IMG/VR virus record: IMGVR_UViG_3300035034_002228
Span: 1 to 64,000 of that record
Source of the DNA: a virus
Length of the DNA stretch: 64,000 nucleotides
Strand: one strand, 5' to 3'
Within the stretch, counting starts at the first letter, position 1. The number at the start of each line of letters is the position of its first letter. Under the pieces are notes generated by a model. That model saw nothing but the letters and a program-made list of their open reading frames with translations. It ran no database searches and had not been told where the DNA came from. Below are positions 1 to 10,148 of this stretch, one piece after another. The translations under genes and the position numbers were made by a program.

Positions 1-2
1 AA

Positions 3-1496
3 AGCGACATCCCCAACACCGAAGAAGACGTTAGTGGTGACGCGGACGGCACCCAGACTGCCAGCGGTGAAAGCGAAGGCGACATTGCGGTATCCAGTGA
101 AAGCGAAGACGCTTCCCTGGATGTAGGTATCACGACCCCGGAAGACGAACTCACCGAAGAAATGGACCAAGTCGCCAAAGACGGCGACCACTTTGAAAAG
201 GTAAGCGAATCCCTGGAAGCGTACCAAGCGCTGATCACCCAAGCGATGGACGGCGGTAAAGGCATTGACCCAATCACTGCTGAGTCGATCCGCATCGGCC
301 TGGAACACATGGACGAATCCTTTGCTGGCGATCAGTTGATCCCCGCTATGGAAGCGTTTGGTCAAACCAGCTCCCGTCAATACGCCACCCACGTTTCTCT
401 GGAAGGAATCCAGTCTGGCTTTAAAGCGACCATAGAAGCCGGCAAACGGGCGATGTTGAAACTGTTTGATATGCTGTACGAGCTGTGGACGAAGCTGACC
501 GGTGGGGTTGAGCGTGCCAAGCAACGCGTCACCAAAATCGAAGACGCCATCGGGAAGCTGAAAGAAGACAGCGTCGGCTACGCCAACACTACCGTCAAAG
601 GCAAAGCACGTTTGTCGCGCGGTGTTGAGTTTGTTGGTAATGACATTGGCGCCATCAAGCAGGTGGGTGAAGTGGCCGATTACATGTACGGTGCTTACCC
701 AGCAGCGGTCAAAGGACTGATCAAAGATACCATTAAGGTGTTCAAGGACACCGAAAACCCGATACTTAAAGGGGAGGATGAAATCGACGCCATTCGTGGT
801 CGGATGGTACTTGAATTCTTGGAACTACCCAAGAAACATTTCAAACCGCTGCCGGGCTCCACCGTAGCTGACAAGAAGGAGCTTCCTCCGTCAATTGCCA
901 AATACGACGGTGTTACCCGCTCACATGTGCTTCCAGGTAATTTCGCCATGATGATTTACCTGAAACCAATAGCGATCGGCGGTAATCAAGATGATAATGC
1001 TAAACTCATGGTCGGTACAGCGTTCGCTTTCCATCGTGTGTTTAACGTCGAATTTGGTCGTTTGAACGTAAAACCCGATACTAAAAGCGAAGAAACGTAC
1101 GGTATTCCCGATAAGAAGGACCTTGTTACCACCAAAAATGAGATCGGCAAAGTGCTGACCCGTCTGGATAAAGCGTCTGCTGTTGAAAAGGAATACAAAG
1201 ACATTAAGAAAGACATTAAAAGGCAATATGACGGTGTGGTCTATGCAACCTCCAACTACGGCCAACGTGGAGACGTGATCAATAAAATCTTCCATCCGGG
1301 ACTTCGCGCACTCAATTCGTTGGTCCGTACGTTGGTTCATCCAGCAGGGCAATTTAACGGCTACGTGGTTTCAACCATGCACGCTTACCTGTCCGTGTTG
1401 GAACACAACGTGAAGGAATTTGCCAAAGCATCCAAACCGCCGGAGGTGAAAGAAGGCAAGTACCGGAAAGACCAGAAAGCACTACCGGCCAGTTAA
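3..1496 (+). CDS. phiKZ-like inner-head/virion structural protein (5' end lies outside the window)
   Basis: The frame of ORF 162..1496 is open back to base 3. An acidic N-terminal propeptide-like region carries S/A/G-x-E motifs (ESLE, IGLE, PAME, VSLEG) typical of phiKZ head proteins cut by the prohead protease. Confidence 0.7.
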   Translation, partial: SDIPNTEEDVSGDADGTQTASGESEGDIAVSSESEDASLDVGITTPEDELTEEMDQVAKDGDHFEKVSESLEAYQALITQAMDGGKGIDPITAESIRIGLEHMDESFAGDQLIPAMEAFGQTSSRQYATHVSLEGIQSGFKATIEAGKRAMLKLFDMLYELWTKLTGGVERAKQRVTKIEDAIGKLKEDSVGYANTTVKGKARLSRGVEFVGNDIGAIKQVGEVADYMYGAYPAAVKGLIKDTIKVFKDTENPILKGEDEIDAIRGRMVLEFLELPKKHFKPLPGSTVADKKELPPSIAKYDGVTRSHVLPGNFAMMIYLKPIAIGGNQDDNAKLMVGTAFAFHRVFNVEFGRLNVKPDTKSEETYGIPDKKDLVTTKNEIGKVLTRLDKASAVEKEYKDIKKDIKRQYDGVVYATSNYGQRGDVINKIFHPGLRALNSLVRTLVHPAGQFNGYVVSTMHAYLSVLEHNVKEFAKASKPPEVKEGKYRKDQKALPAS

Positions 1497-1505
1497 TCTG
1501 GCGTA

Positions 1506-1540
1506 ACGACATATTGGCGCCCTTCGGGGCGCCTTTATGT
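1506..1540. terminator. Bidirectional hairpin terminator
   Basis: ACGACATA-ttGGCGCCC-TTCG-GGGCGCC-TTTATGT lies between convergent genes. Confidence 0.8.
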
Positions 1541-1542
1541 TC

Positions 1543-1806
1543 TCAATCCACGTTGAACCACGATTGACCACTGGTCGCATGACCACAACTGGCCAAATCC
1601 CCCGCTCGACACACCGGAATACCATTGATGGTCATCACACTGGACCCAGAGGTCATGGACGGGGCTGCGTGGGGTGACTTACCGTGACCGGCAACTGCAT
1701 CACCGACCACCGCCACCGGGGCCCCATCCACCGTCATTACACTTTGACCACCGCCATTGATGACACCACCGGCGGCGTCGACACCTACCAAACTGATCCC
1801 AGGCAT
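1543..1806 (-). CDS. PAAR-repeat spike-tip protein
   Basis: 87 aa with PVAVVGD and PVCRAGDLASCGH motifs and His/Cys metal ligands. It lies directly downstream of a spike-like gene. Confidence 0.9.
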   Translation of the reverse strand: MPGISLVGVDAAGGVINGGGQSVMTVDGAPVAVVGDAVAGHGKSPHAAPSMTSGSSVMTINGIPVCRAGDLASCGHATSGQSWFNVD

Positions 1807-1809
1807 ACT

Positions 1810-2892
1810 CTACCCCTTCTTCACGTTGAAACTACCGACTTCCATATTCATGGCCGGTGCTTTGAAATCCACCCCAGCGGGGGACATGCCCATGGTAGAG
1901 CCCCCACCGGTCATGGCGATACCGGCCGGCGTCACGTTCAAACCGTTCCCCCCACTGACCAACGCCGCACTGACTTGACCCATCACCGTCGCGGTCTTCA
2001 TGGCCGTGACGCTGGCCATCTGTTGTGCGGTAATGGAGTAGTTCATCCCAGCGGTGTGGTTGCTGTTGTTCCCAGCGGCGGTACTGATGTCCATACCCGC
2101 TTGCAGGTCAAAGTTTACCCCTGCTTCATAATTGATGTTCATCCCAGCGGTGACATTGATGTCGTTGACCACATCAATGTTCATGTTGTTACCAACCTGC
2201 AGGTTGACGTCGTTGTCCACCAACCCGTTCACATCGTTCGGAGCATAGAAGTTGATGTCCTGTCGATTCAACTCCACCATCGTTCCTTCGATGTTCTCCA
2301 GATGAATGTTGGTGTGGGCACTGTCCAACAACACGTGGTTTCCCACATCGTCCGTCAGGAGGACATGACCGTCACCGGTATTGAATTGGAACGTGTAACG
2401 GAACGGTTCCCCATTGGCTTGTGACGTGCTCATGGTGATGAGCTTCTTGTGGGTGGAGACTTCAAAGAAATACGAGGTGTCGTAATCAATACCTTTGTCG
2501 TTTTCATTGGATGTGCCGTTGAACGCCCAGATCACCGTTTCAAGGCGTCTTAGGTTGTCTCTCAGACCCATACACCGCCAATAGAACTTGTCCGTGTCGC
2601 CCAGTCGGTAGATCTCAATCAACTCACCACGACGGATGTCAGGCGGTGTCACGCGATTGGATGCTCCAGGGTACCATTCAGCTGTGACTGAGTTGTCCAT
2701 GGTGACCTTGACTTCGTAACTGTTCCCCCGACTGTCTATGCCCCGAACCACTTGTTCTTGGGGGTCGAAGTTGATCTCCCCATCCACCGCCGACAACATT
2801 TCGATGGGACACACGTTGAGATGCCGGGTATCGAGGGGTTTGTTCTCGGCCGCCACACCGATACTGTAAGAATGCAGCTGACTCATTTGCAT
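1810..2892 (-). CDS. Baseplate central spike/needle protein (gp5/VgrG-like; phiKZ gp164-like)
   Basis: Start moved to ATG 2892 (AGGAG RBS). An OB-fold-like N-terminus (NRVTPPDIRRGE) is followed by roughly 8-residue beta-helix repeats (VDNDVNLQ, VGNNMNID, AGMNINYE...). It is adjacent to the PAAR gene. Confidence 0.75.
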   Translation of the reverse strand: MQMSQLHSYSIGVAAENKPLDTRHLNVCPIEMLSAVDGEINFDPQEQVVRGIDSRGNSYEVKVTMDNSVTAEWYPGASNRVTPPDIRRGELIEIYRLGDTDKFYWRCMGLRDNLRRLETVIWAFNGTSNENDKGIDYDTSYFFEVSTHKKLITMSTSQANGEPFRYTFQFNTGDGHVLLTDDVGNHVLLDSAHTNIHLENIEGTMVELNRQDINFYAPNDVNGLVDNDVNLQVGNNMNIDVVNDINVTAGMNINYEAGVNFDLQAGMDISTAAGNNSNHTAGMNYSITAQQMASVTAMKTATVMGQVSAALVSGGNGLNVTPAGIAMTGGGSTMGMSPAGVDFKAPAMNMEVGSFNVKKG

Positions 2893-2965
2893 GCAGATCT
2901 CCTGAAGTTCTACTGAAGGGTCTTTTCCTATAGAGATTAACCGCCAAAATGAAGACTTGCTTACT

Positions 2966-5455
2966 ATGCGCATCACATACTTGCTTTTAGAAAAATACAA
3001 ACGGTTGATGTTGTCGAACATTCAGCGGTTTGAGTACCGACCCAAACAAGACCTGCAATTGTTGATTGGCAGTAACGGGTCCGGGAAATCCTCGGTGTTG
3101 GAAGAACTCACGCCCATTCCAGCTCACCACAGTGGCTTTGTAAAGGGTGGCCGCAAAGAGATCCGTCTGACTCATCACAACAACGAGTACACGCTGGTGT
3201 CGGATTACACCGGCGGCTCGGGGTCGCACTCGTTCATAAAGAACGACGAAGAACTGAACAAAGGCAACACGTACTCGGTTCAAAAGGAACTAGTGTGGGA
3301 CGAGTTTGCTTTGAACCGGGAAATTCACAACCTGTTGGTGGGGATCACCCCGTTCTCCTCATTGTCCACAGCCAAACGCCGAGAGTGGCTGACGCGGATG
3401 GCCCCGGTCGATTTGTATTATGCCTTTAAAGTGTATTCTCACGCGAAGACCGCCCATCGGGACCAACAAGGGGTGGTGAAACACCTGACCAAGCGCATGG
3501 GGCAAGAAAACCACGATTTGCCGGATGACAACGTCTTGAACCACCACCGGCAACGGATCAGTGAGCTGACCAAGAAACTCGACCGATTGTTCGAGGAACG
3601 CAAAGCTGGGGTGGAGTCTCGCTACCGTAACGAACACGACGTTCAAACTCACCTGAAGACCCTGACCGATCGCGCGGCGAAGCTGTTGCGTTACCAACCA
3701 GCCGATCCCCCGGAAGGGTTGGAAGACGGCGATGCGTTCGACGCCCATCTGGCCGAACAACAAGCTGAGTACCAACGCCAGCAGGCCCGTCTGGAACGGA
3801 TGACCGAGGAGCATCAAAAGCTCAACGAACAGGCCCCGAACCGGGATCTGGAGTTGGATGAGAATCAGATCAACGACCTGCGTCGGCAGTTGAGGGAGTT
3901 GGAAGGACAGATCGCCACCGTAAAGGCGAAGACCAACAACACCGGCGGGTACTTCCCGTTGATCACCATTCCAGCCCACCGCCAACCACGACAAACATTG
4001 AACCACATCTTTGACGAATGGTTGACGTTACTGCAAAGCTTCCCCGACAACAGTGAGGGACGGTTCAGTCAGGAGAACGGGGCTAAAGCGCAAGAGCGTT
4101 ATCGACAACTGGAGAAACAACACACCCAACTGGACCATCAACAAAACAGCGATGCCCAACGTCTTGCTCGACTGAAAGGGTGCGACACGGTCCATTGCCC
4201 AAACTGCGAGCATCGGTTCCAACCCGGTGTCAACCCCGGCGAAGTGAACCGCCTTCAAAAAGCCATGGACGAACGCGGTACCCAGTTGGAGGAACTGGAC
4301 AAAGAACTGGTTAAGTACAAAGAGTATTTGGAACAATTCAGTGATTACATGACGTACGTCCGTGCGTTTCAAAAACTGGTCACCGAGAACCAAGTGGCCC
4401 AACCGGTTTGGGACGTGTGTCTGGAAAACAAGGTCATGTTCCGGCGTCCTAAGGATTACATCACCAAGGCGATGCAATGGAAGGACCAAATGGACACCGC
4501 CATTCAACAGGCGGAGTTGGAACAGGAGGCGGACGTCATTCGCCACCGTCTACGATACGTGGACGCCATTGACCGTAATGCATTGACTCGAACCGACCGC
4601 CAACGCAAACATTTGGAGCAGGAGATTGAAAACACCACCCAACTGCTGAGGACGTTGGGTAAAACCATTGGGGATTTAGAGTCCCACAAGAAGACCCGCC
4701 TGAAGTTCAAAGAAGCCCTGACGCAAACCACCACCGATCTTCAACGGTTCTTTGAAGACATGGACACTCACCGTGAGTCGCTGTACCAAGACGCGATCTC
4801 CGAGGAAACCCGACACCTGCAGATTCAACTGGCGCAGGAACAAGAATCGTTGTCTCGGGTGGAAGTCCGCGAAGGGGTACTGCGGGAAATTCAAACCCAA
4901 CACGATTCGAGTGTGAAAGCCCAGAAAGAATACCAGACGTTGGTCAAAGCCCTCGGTCCGACCGACGGGTTGATCGGTCGGTATTTGATGGGGTTCATGC
5001 AAGTGGTGGTGAAGCTGGTGAACAGCGTCATCGAGGAGATCTGGACCTACCCCATGCAGGTTCTACCATCCCCCATGGAGAAGGACGAACTGACCTACAA
5101 GTTCCCCCTAGATGTCAACAACGGGTCAGTAACTGCCCCCGACATTGGGTTGGGGTCGTCATCACAACGAGACATCACCAACTTCGCGTTCAAACTACTG
5201 GTCATGAAGTTCTTGGACATCACCGACTACCCACTGTACCTGGATGAGTTCGGTAGCACGTTTGACGAACAACATCGTCAGAACCTCATTCCCGTATTGA
5301 ACCGAATGATGGAACTGGGTCAGGTCAATCAGATCTTTTACATCTCCCACTTCTCCTCGGTACACGGGGCCTTTAACCAAGCTGAGATCTGTGTCTTGGA
5401 CCCCAACAACATCACCGTACCGCAGAAGTACAATCAACACGTTACTATTGCTTAA
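2966..5455 (+). CDS. SbcC/Rad50-like SMC ATPase
   Basis: Walker A GSNGSGKSS, long coiled coils, zinc hook CPNC, signature-like GSSSQ and Walker B LYLDEFG. Confidence 0.9.
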   Translation: MRITYLLLEKYKRLMLSNIQRFEYRPKQDLQLLIGSNGSGKSSVLEELTPIPAHHSGFVKGGRKEIRLTHHNNEYTLVSDYTGGSGSHSFIKNDEELNKGNTYSVQKELVWDEFALNREIHNLLVGITPFSSLSTAKRREWLTRMAPVDLYYAFKVYSHAKTAHRDQQGVVKHLTKRMGQENHDLPDDNVLNHHRQRISELTKKLDRLFEERKAGVESRYRNEHDVQTHLKTLTDRAAKLLRYQPADPPEGLEDGDAFDAHLAEQQAEYQRQQARLERMTEEHQKLNEQAPNRDLELDENQINDLRRQLRELEGQIATVKAKTNNTGGYFPLITIPAHRQPRQTLNHIFDEWLTLLQSFPDNSEGRFSQENGAKAQERYRQLEKQHTQLDHQQNSDAQRLARLKGCDTVHCPNCEHRFQPGVNPGEVNRLQKAMDERGTQLEELDKELVKYKEYLEQFSDYMTYVRAFQKLVTENQVAQPVWDVCLENKVMFRRPKDYITKAMQWKDQMDTAIQQAELEQEADVIRHRLRYVDAIDRNALTRTDRQRKHLEQEIENTTQLLRTLGKTIGDLESHKKTRLKFKEALTQTTTDLQRFFEDMDTHRESLYQDAISEETRHLQIQLAQEQESLSRVEVREGVLREIQTQHDSSVKAQKEYQTLVKALGPTDGLIGRYLMGFMQVVVKLVNSVIEEIWTYPMQVLPSPMEKDELTYKFPLDVNNGSVTAPDIGLGSSSQRDITNFAFKLLVMKFLDITDYPLYLDEFGSTFDEQHRQNLIPVLNRMMELGQVNQIFYISHFSSVHGAFNQAEICVLDPNNITVPQKYNQHVTIA

Positions 5456-5466
5456 GGAAATAACCC

Positions 5467-6087
5467 ATGTCAGACGATACCTTTGAACCCACCGACGCCC
5501 GTCGCATCATCGCCTCCCATTCCGGGAAAAAAGTAACCCTGACTCGGGTATCGCGCCCGACTCAGGAACGTCCCCACATGGTGCGACAAGTGTCCCCCAA
5601 AGCACGGTTCGTTCCCGAGGCGTTCGAGGGAATGGAAGACGAGGCAGCAAACAACATCAAACTACTGTACAAAGAAGCCGGGATTGCGACCAATGGGAGT
5701 GCGGCCTACGACCTCCGGTATGTGGGAAAAGAACCACTGATCCTTCAACCCGGTGAGATGAAGGTTGTGCACAGTGGGTTGGCCATCCATCTGGATAACC
5801 CCAACCTCGTGGGTCTAATCACACCCCGCAGTGGATTGGGTTGTAAAGGTGTGGTCTTGGGCAATCTGGTCGGAGTCATTGACTCGGACTACCAAGGTGA
5901 GTTGAAGCTGGCGCTGTGGAACCGTCACGAACAAGAGACTGAGACGGTACTGGAGATACAACCGGGTGAGCGTGTTGCTCAGTACATCGTCACGCAGTGT
6001 TTCCAAGTCAACCCACAGTGGGTGACCGACTTTGACAATGAAACTGAACGCGGTGAAAACGGCTTTGGTCACAGTGGTACCGTGTAA
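5467..6087 (+). CDS. dut: Trimeric dUTPase with an N-terminal extension of about 60 aa
   Basis: Motifs AAYDL, PRSGLG, GVIDSDYQGE, ERVAQ and RGENGFGHSG. Confidence 0.95.
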   Translation: MSDDTFEPTDARRIIASHSGKKVTLTRVSRPTQERPHMVRQVSPKARFVPEAFEGMEDEAANNIKLLYKEAGIATNGSAAYDLRYVGKEPLILQPGEMKVVHSGLAIHLDNPNLVGLITPRSGLGCKGVVLGNLVGVIDSDYQGELKLALWNRHEQETETVLEIQPGERVAQYIVTQCFQVNPQWVTDFDNETERGENGFGHSGTV

Positions 6088-6095
6088 GCACTAAC

Positions 6096-6136
6096 CGACA
6101 TAATGGCTCCTCCCCTAGGGGAGGAGTGCTGTGCCG
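6096..6136. terminator. Bidirectional hairpin terminator
   Basis: CGACATA..GCTCCTCCCC-TA-GGGGAGGAGT..TGTGCCG lies between convergent genes. Confidence 0.7.
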
Positions 6137-7387
6137 TCAATACCGTTCGATGCCTAACAGGCGGGTATACGCCTGACCTTCGGCGTGCGGCCACGCTGGG
6201 TACCGTCCAGCATCCACCCGTTCGCCCGAGGCCCACGGCTGTCGGTAGAAATCGTAGTTATGCCGACGGTTGGGGGTGGTGGCGATCACGGTGACACCAT
6301 CTTCAAAGATGGGGTGGTATTCCAACGTCTTACCGTACGCCCCAATTACCGGGTACTGGTGGTTTTCGGTGTGGCTGTAATACCGACCTGGGTAACCACT
6401 TTGTTCCAACGGCTGGAGTTCGTGGAAAAATCTTGGTGCATCAACCACCACAATGAAACTTTGGGGAAGTGTCAGAAAGGCCCTGAGGACGTCGTCCTGG
6501 AAGAACTGATCAACGCTGACCAAGGATGGGTTGTCATCGTTTACGTCCAGTCCAAGGCTGCTGAAGTCGATGTATTCACGACTATCGTAGTAGCGCTCCA
6601 ATAGTTGAAGCTGTTCCAGCTGGATGCGATAGGTTCGGTCGCTTATTCGGGTGTAGGTCTTCCCAAGAACTTGCAAATAACCACCAACCACCAGCAAGGT
6701 GGTTTTGTTTTCCAAATTCACCGCGTCGGGGATTGTGACATACGCACCTTTACTCAACGGCACGCCGCCCTCATTGCCCGTTACCATGTCAGGTGTGATC
6801 GGCAGGCAATGGATCTCACCAACGTCCTCAAACGACAGCAACCCGATTTGATTGTCGTTGGCGTGACGAAGGCTGTGGTTTCCGCCCAAAATGTAAACCC
6901 CGTGTGGGCCCCAGTCGGTCGGGTGGTAAAACCCGTTGACACTGAACAACGCGTGTCTGCCTAAAAAGGCCGTGTCAACGTCGTCCTTTTGTACTTTGAG
7001 GTCGGCCTTGTCGAAGCGACTCCCGCCCTGGGGTGTCGTTCCTGGGTTCCCAACCGGGGTAAACGTATACCCGGCGTTCCACGCATGAACGTATTTAACG
7101 TAGTCTGGATGGAGACGCGGTATGTCTCCACGGAACGGGAGCGTCTGGTTACCAACTTGGGATAACCACTCGGTCAACGTAAGGCTGTCTGGGTCATCGT
7201 ACGTTTCTTGTACCACGTCCTGATAATACAGTGCCCGAGGTGCGTCAAAACTGTAATGGTCGATGAACAACCAGATCTCATCGTAGTTGGTGCGGAGTTG
7301 TTGCAACGTTGAATTGGAGAGGTCTTTCTTCTCCCACCGGTCATTGCGGCGATCAACGCGCACATGTGCACTGTGTAGGCTGTACAT
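6137..7387 (-). CDS. Putative virion structural protein of phiKZ-like phages
   Basis: Long ORF, start moved to ATG 7387 (GAGGA RBS). Motifs LFSVNGFYH and LVVGGYL, divergent from the tail-fibre genes. Confidence 0.55.
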   Translation of the reverse strand: MYSLHSAHVRVDRRNDRWEKKDLSNSTLQQLRTNYDEIWLFIDHYSFDAPRALYYQDVVQETYDDPDSLTLTEWLSQVGNQTLPFRGDIPRLHPDYVKYVHAWNAGYTFTPVGNPGTTPQGGSRFDKADLKVQKDDVDTAFLGRHALFSVNGFYHPTDWGPHGVYILGGNHSLRHANDNQIGLLSFEDVGEIHCLPITPDMVTGNEGGVPLSKGAYVTIPDAVNLENKTTLLVVGGYLQVLGKTYTRISDRTYRIQLEQLQLLERYYDSREYIDFSSLGLDVNDDNPSLVSVDQFFQDDVLRAFLTLPQSFIVVVDAPRFFHELQPLEQSGYPGRYYSHTENHQYPVIGAYGKTLEYHPIFEDGVTVIATTPNRRHNYDFYRQPWASGERVDAGRYPAWPHAEGQAYTRLLGIERY

Positions 7388-7420
7388 AACTCTATCCTCG
7401 TTTAAGGCAATAAGCGTCAA

Positions 7421-7428
7421 TCTTATGA
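7421..7428 (+). promoter_or_regulatory. Candidate phiKZ-type late promoter (TCTTATGA; TATG core)
   Basis: The same TCTTATGA occurs at 20671-20678 ahead of the next structural operon. TATG is the phiKZ late-promoter core. Confidence 0.35.
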
Positions 7429-7480
7429 TCTCAAACCATTGATCAGCCTACCAGCCCAAACGCCACGTAAAGGAGAGGTT

Positions 7481-9127
7481 ATGGCTACTGTAAACACAAC
7501 CGGTCTGTATGAATTTGATCCATACGGCACCAATCCTGATAATAAAATACCGGGTGAACTGCAGTCACTGCAAGTCCCCGGTCGGGACGACTACTATTTC
7601 ATCATCCCAAAAGCGGCCCCGTTCTTTGTCGACGGTTTTGAAATTGTGGACCACGACACTGGTCGTCCATACCTTGAAGGGCGTGATTTCCTGTTCGGGC
7701 ATTATTTCCCAGAAGGGTCGGACGCAACGGGTAAGGCCCTGGCCGGGTCGTTGCGATTCCTGAGTCGCGACATCACCGGCATCGTCCGAATGACATACCA
7801 GACCATCGGTGGCCATTGGGGTTTTGACGATCAAGCTGTGTTGGAGGAATTGTCCAACAAGGCAATCAACCCACTGACGCGAGCGTGGAGTCAGATTGAC
7901 ACATTGCCTGCGTTGTTCCCACCAATACCGCACGACCAAGGTACGGGAGAACTCATTGGGTTTGAAGAAGTGGTTGAGGCCATTGGGGACATTGAACGGG
8001 CATTGGGTGACACCGAAGCTGGAACCGTAACCGACCACATGAACAGTCGGGAAAACCCACACAACGTCACCAAGACGCAGATTGGGTTGGAGTTTGTGCA
8101 GAACTACCCCATGGCTAACCTAGCGGAAGCGGCGGACGGTCTTCGGAGCGATCGGTATATGTCGCCAAAGACGACCGATGCGGCGGTTGTGTCGGCGGTT
8201 GATCGTGAGATTGAAAAACACCTGAATGTCGATAATCCCCACGGCACGAATAAAGCCGATGTCGGTTTGCCCCTGGTTCGGAACTTTGGGATCGCCACCG
8301 AATCCACCGCCTACAACGCGACACGTAACGACCAATACATGACACCGTACTTGGTTGGCGTTGTGCTTCAGGCTTTGAAAAGTGAAGTTCTCGACCCGCA
8401 TTTTAACGATACCAACAACCCGCACAACCTGACCGCAGCCGATATTGGTGCGATCAACATGGAAACCATTACCGCCCTGTTGGAAAACTATCTGTTAACA
8501 AACGGCACCGCTTACGACACCGCCCGGACGTTTGGGATGAACCTGGAAGGACTTAAGCAGGAAATCTTGCTGGGCACTGCCGCGAATTCCGAAATGCTGG
8601 AAGGACAAACTTACGGGGAAATCAAAGACGACCTGTACACGCAGTTTGTGTACTTCACCACCTACACGTGGGAATACACCACCGGCGATTACTTGGGTCG
8701 TCAGGAACACCTCCCGTTTTACACCATGACGGAAACCACAGAACCGCTGGTATTGATCGGGAACGTACTGGGCACCGAAGGACGCCGGGCGTTGGTGAAC
8801 ATTGAAGTGGACTGGACCACCGAGGCGGTGAACATCACCACCCTCAACGGGATTCCCCCACTGAAAGATTTTGCCATGCGGGTTATCGGGACTGGGGCCG
8901 ATAAGGCCATTGAGTTGTCCTTGGATGTTCACGAAGTGCCCGTTACCCCAATCACGTTCATCCCCGTTCATCAACCCGACGGTCAATTCCTGCCCGATCC
9001 ATCTAGCGTTGGTCCAAACCATGGGAACGGACGTACGGCGGTTCCGGCAGTTGGTGCCGGTGCACAAGACGTCACCGATACATTGATCGAGTCCTTTAAT
9101 GCGGCGTCCGATCAACTGGAAGCTTAA
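7481..9127 (+). CDS. Tail-fibre-like virion protein (phiKZ-type N-terminal baseplate anchor)
   Basis: ATG 7481 with AGGAG RBS. N-terminus YEFDPYGTNPDNKIPGE...PKAAPFF and three NPHxxT(K/N) fibre repeats. Confidence 0.7.
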   Translation: MATVNTTGLYEFDPYGTNPDNKIPGELQSLQVPGRDDYYFIIPKAAPFFVDGFEIVDHDTGRPYLEGRDFLFGHYFPEGSDATGKALAGSLRFLSRDITGIVRMTYQTIGGHWGFDDQAVLEELSNKAINPLTRAWSQIDTLPALFPPIPHDQGTGELIGFEEVVEAIGDIERALGDTEAGTVTDHMNSRENPHNVTKTQIGLEFVQNYPMANLAEAADGLRSDRYMSPKTTDAAVVSAVDREIEKHLNVDNPHGTNKADVGLPLVRNFGIATESTAYNATRNDQYMTPYLVGVVLQALKSEVLDPHFNDTNNPHNLTAADIGAINMETITALLENYLLTNGTAYDTARTFGMNLEGLKQEILLGTAANSEMLEGQTYGEIKDDLYTQFVYFTTYTWEYTTGDYLGRQEHLPFYTMTETTEPLVLIGNVLGTEGRRALVNIEVDWTTEAVNITTLNGIPPLKDFAMRVIGTGADKAIELSLDVHEVPVTPITFIPVHQPDGQFLPDPSSVGPNHGNGRTAVPAVGAGAQDVTDTLIESFNAASDQLEA

Positions 9128-9140
9128 CCGGAGGTTTTAA

Positions 9141-10070
9141 ATGTCAGTCATTGTCAATAAGTACCCATTGGATCTGACGGGTAAACGTCCGGACAACTAT
9201 ATTCCGGGCGAGCGTCACGATCTGGATGCGGCAGTCACCACGGGTAATTACCGTGTGTTCGTGCCAAACTACGGTGGATTCTACACGCAGGACATGGTTG
9301 TCCGCGATGTGTCGGGTACCCCGTTGCGTAAAGGGGAGGATTACATCGCCACATACCTCTATGAACGACCGACCCTGAGGAGCGGTCTGGAAGTGTGTGG
9401 TGCGGTTGTTATTGTTAACCCCAACGTGTCCACCACAGTGTTCATGGACTACCAAGTGGTGGGGGGCGACTTCGCGGTTTCCACCGACGCCCTGCAGCAA
9501 GTGCTCAACACTTTGGCCGAAGAAGATCGGCCGGTTGAATGGGCCAACATCATTGGAAAACCGAACGAGTACCCCGCCGCTGGACACCTACACGCTCTGT
9601 GGGAACTGTACGGATTCGAACCGGTTGTCACCGAACTGGAACGGATTACCCAAGCGATCATGGCAGGCGATCAAGCCCTGCATGATGAAACCCGTGCGTA
9701 CGCTCTTACGCTGTTTGAAGAAGCCGGTGAAGCGCGGGACGCGCTGGAACGTCGCTTGGTTGACCACATGGAAGACGGGACCAATCCCCACGACGTGACG
9801 AAAGCACAAGTTGGGTTAGGTGACGTTGAGAATTACAAGATGGCCACCGATGTCCAAGCGGCCGCCATGGACGTCAAAACGCGTTACATGTCACCCCATG
9901 CGGTGGGCGTGGCCCTAGCCACACACGCCAATCCGAACGTGAATCACCACGACGGTCGGTACGTGAGAATCAGTACCACCGAAGAGACAAGCTTGCGGGT
10001 AAACAACAATCGACTTCAAGCCTATGTTAATGGCGGTTGGAAAACGATTTGGCCGGCACAGTGGGTGTAA
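9141..10070 (+). CDS. Short tail-fibre-like protein, paralogue of the preceding gene
   Basis: YPLDLTGKRPDNYIPGE N-terminus, GHLH motif, NPHDVTKAQVGLGDV repeat and C-terminal YVNGGWKTIW cap. Confidence 0.7.
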   Translation: MSVIVNKYPLDLTGKRPDNYIPGERHDLDAAVTTGNYRVFVPNYGGFYTQDMVVRDVSGTPLRKGEDYIATYLYERPTLRSGLEVCGAVVIVNPNVSTTVFMDYQVVGGDFAVSTDALQQVLNTLAEEDRPVEWANIIGKPNEYPAAGHLHALWELYGFEPVVTELERITQAIMAGDQALHDETRAYALTLFEEAGEARDALERRLVDHMEDGTNPHDVTKAQVGLGDVENYKMATDVQAAAMDVKTRYMSPHAVGVALATHANPNVNHHDGRYVRISTTEETSLRVNNNRLQAYVNGGWKTIWPAQWV

Positions 10071-10090
10071 ACCCACTGCTGCTTTTTTTT
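10059..10090 (+). terminator. Intrinsic terminator closing the fibre operon
   Basis: CAGTGGGT-GTAA-ACCCACTG followed by T8. Confidence 0.85.
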
Positions 10091-10148
10091 ACTTGGTGGC
10101 CTGATCGTATAGTAGTGACATTCATTCGATTTTAAACGAGGACGTACC

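Noticed and set aside
1684-2424. Long alternative-frame or antisense ORFs (for example 1684..2424, 25398..26087, 28251..29147, 34389..35306, 55767..56492, 61831..62553)
   Set aside because: They are shadows of well-supported genes on the opposite strand, arising from codon bias and Gly-X-Y repeats. They have no RBS or protein motifs.
2893-3021. ORF-track extended starts (3021, 7420, 7439, 11269, 17666, 23520, 39393, 48487, 59367, 61368)
   Set aside because: Downstream ATGs have clear Shine-Dalgarno sequences and avoid overlap with divergent genes, terminators or promoter motifs.
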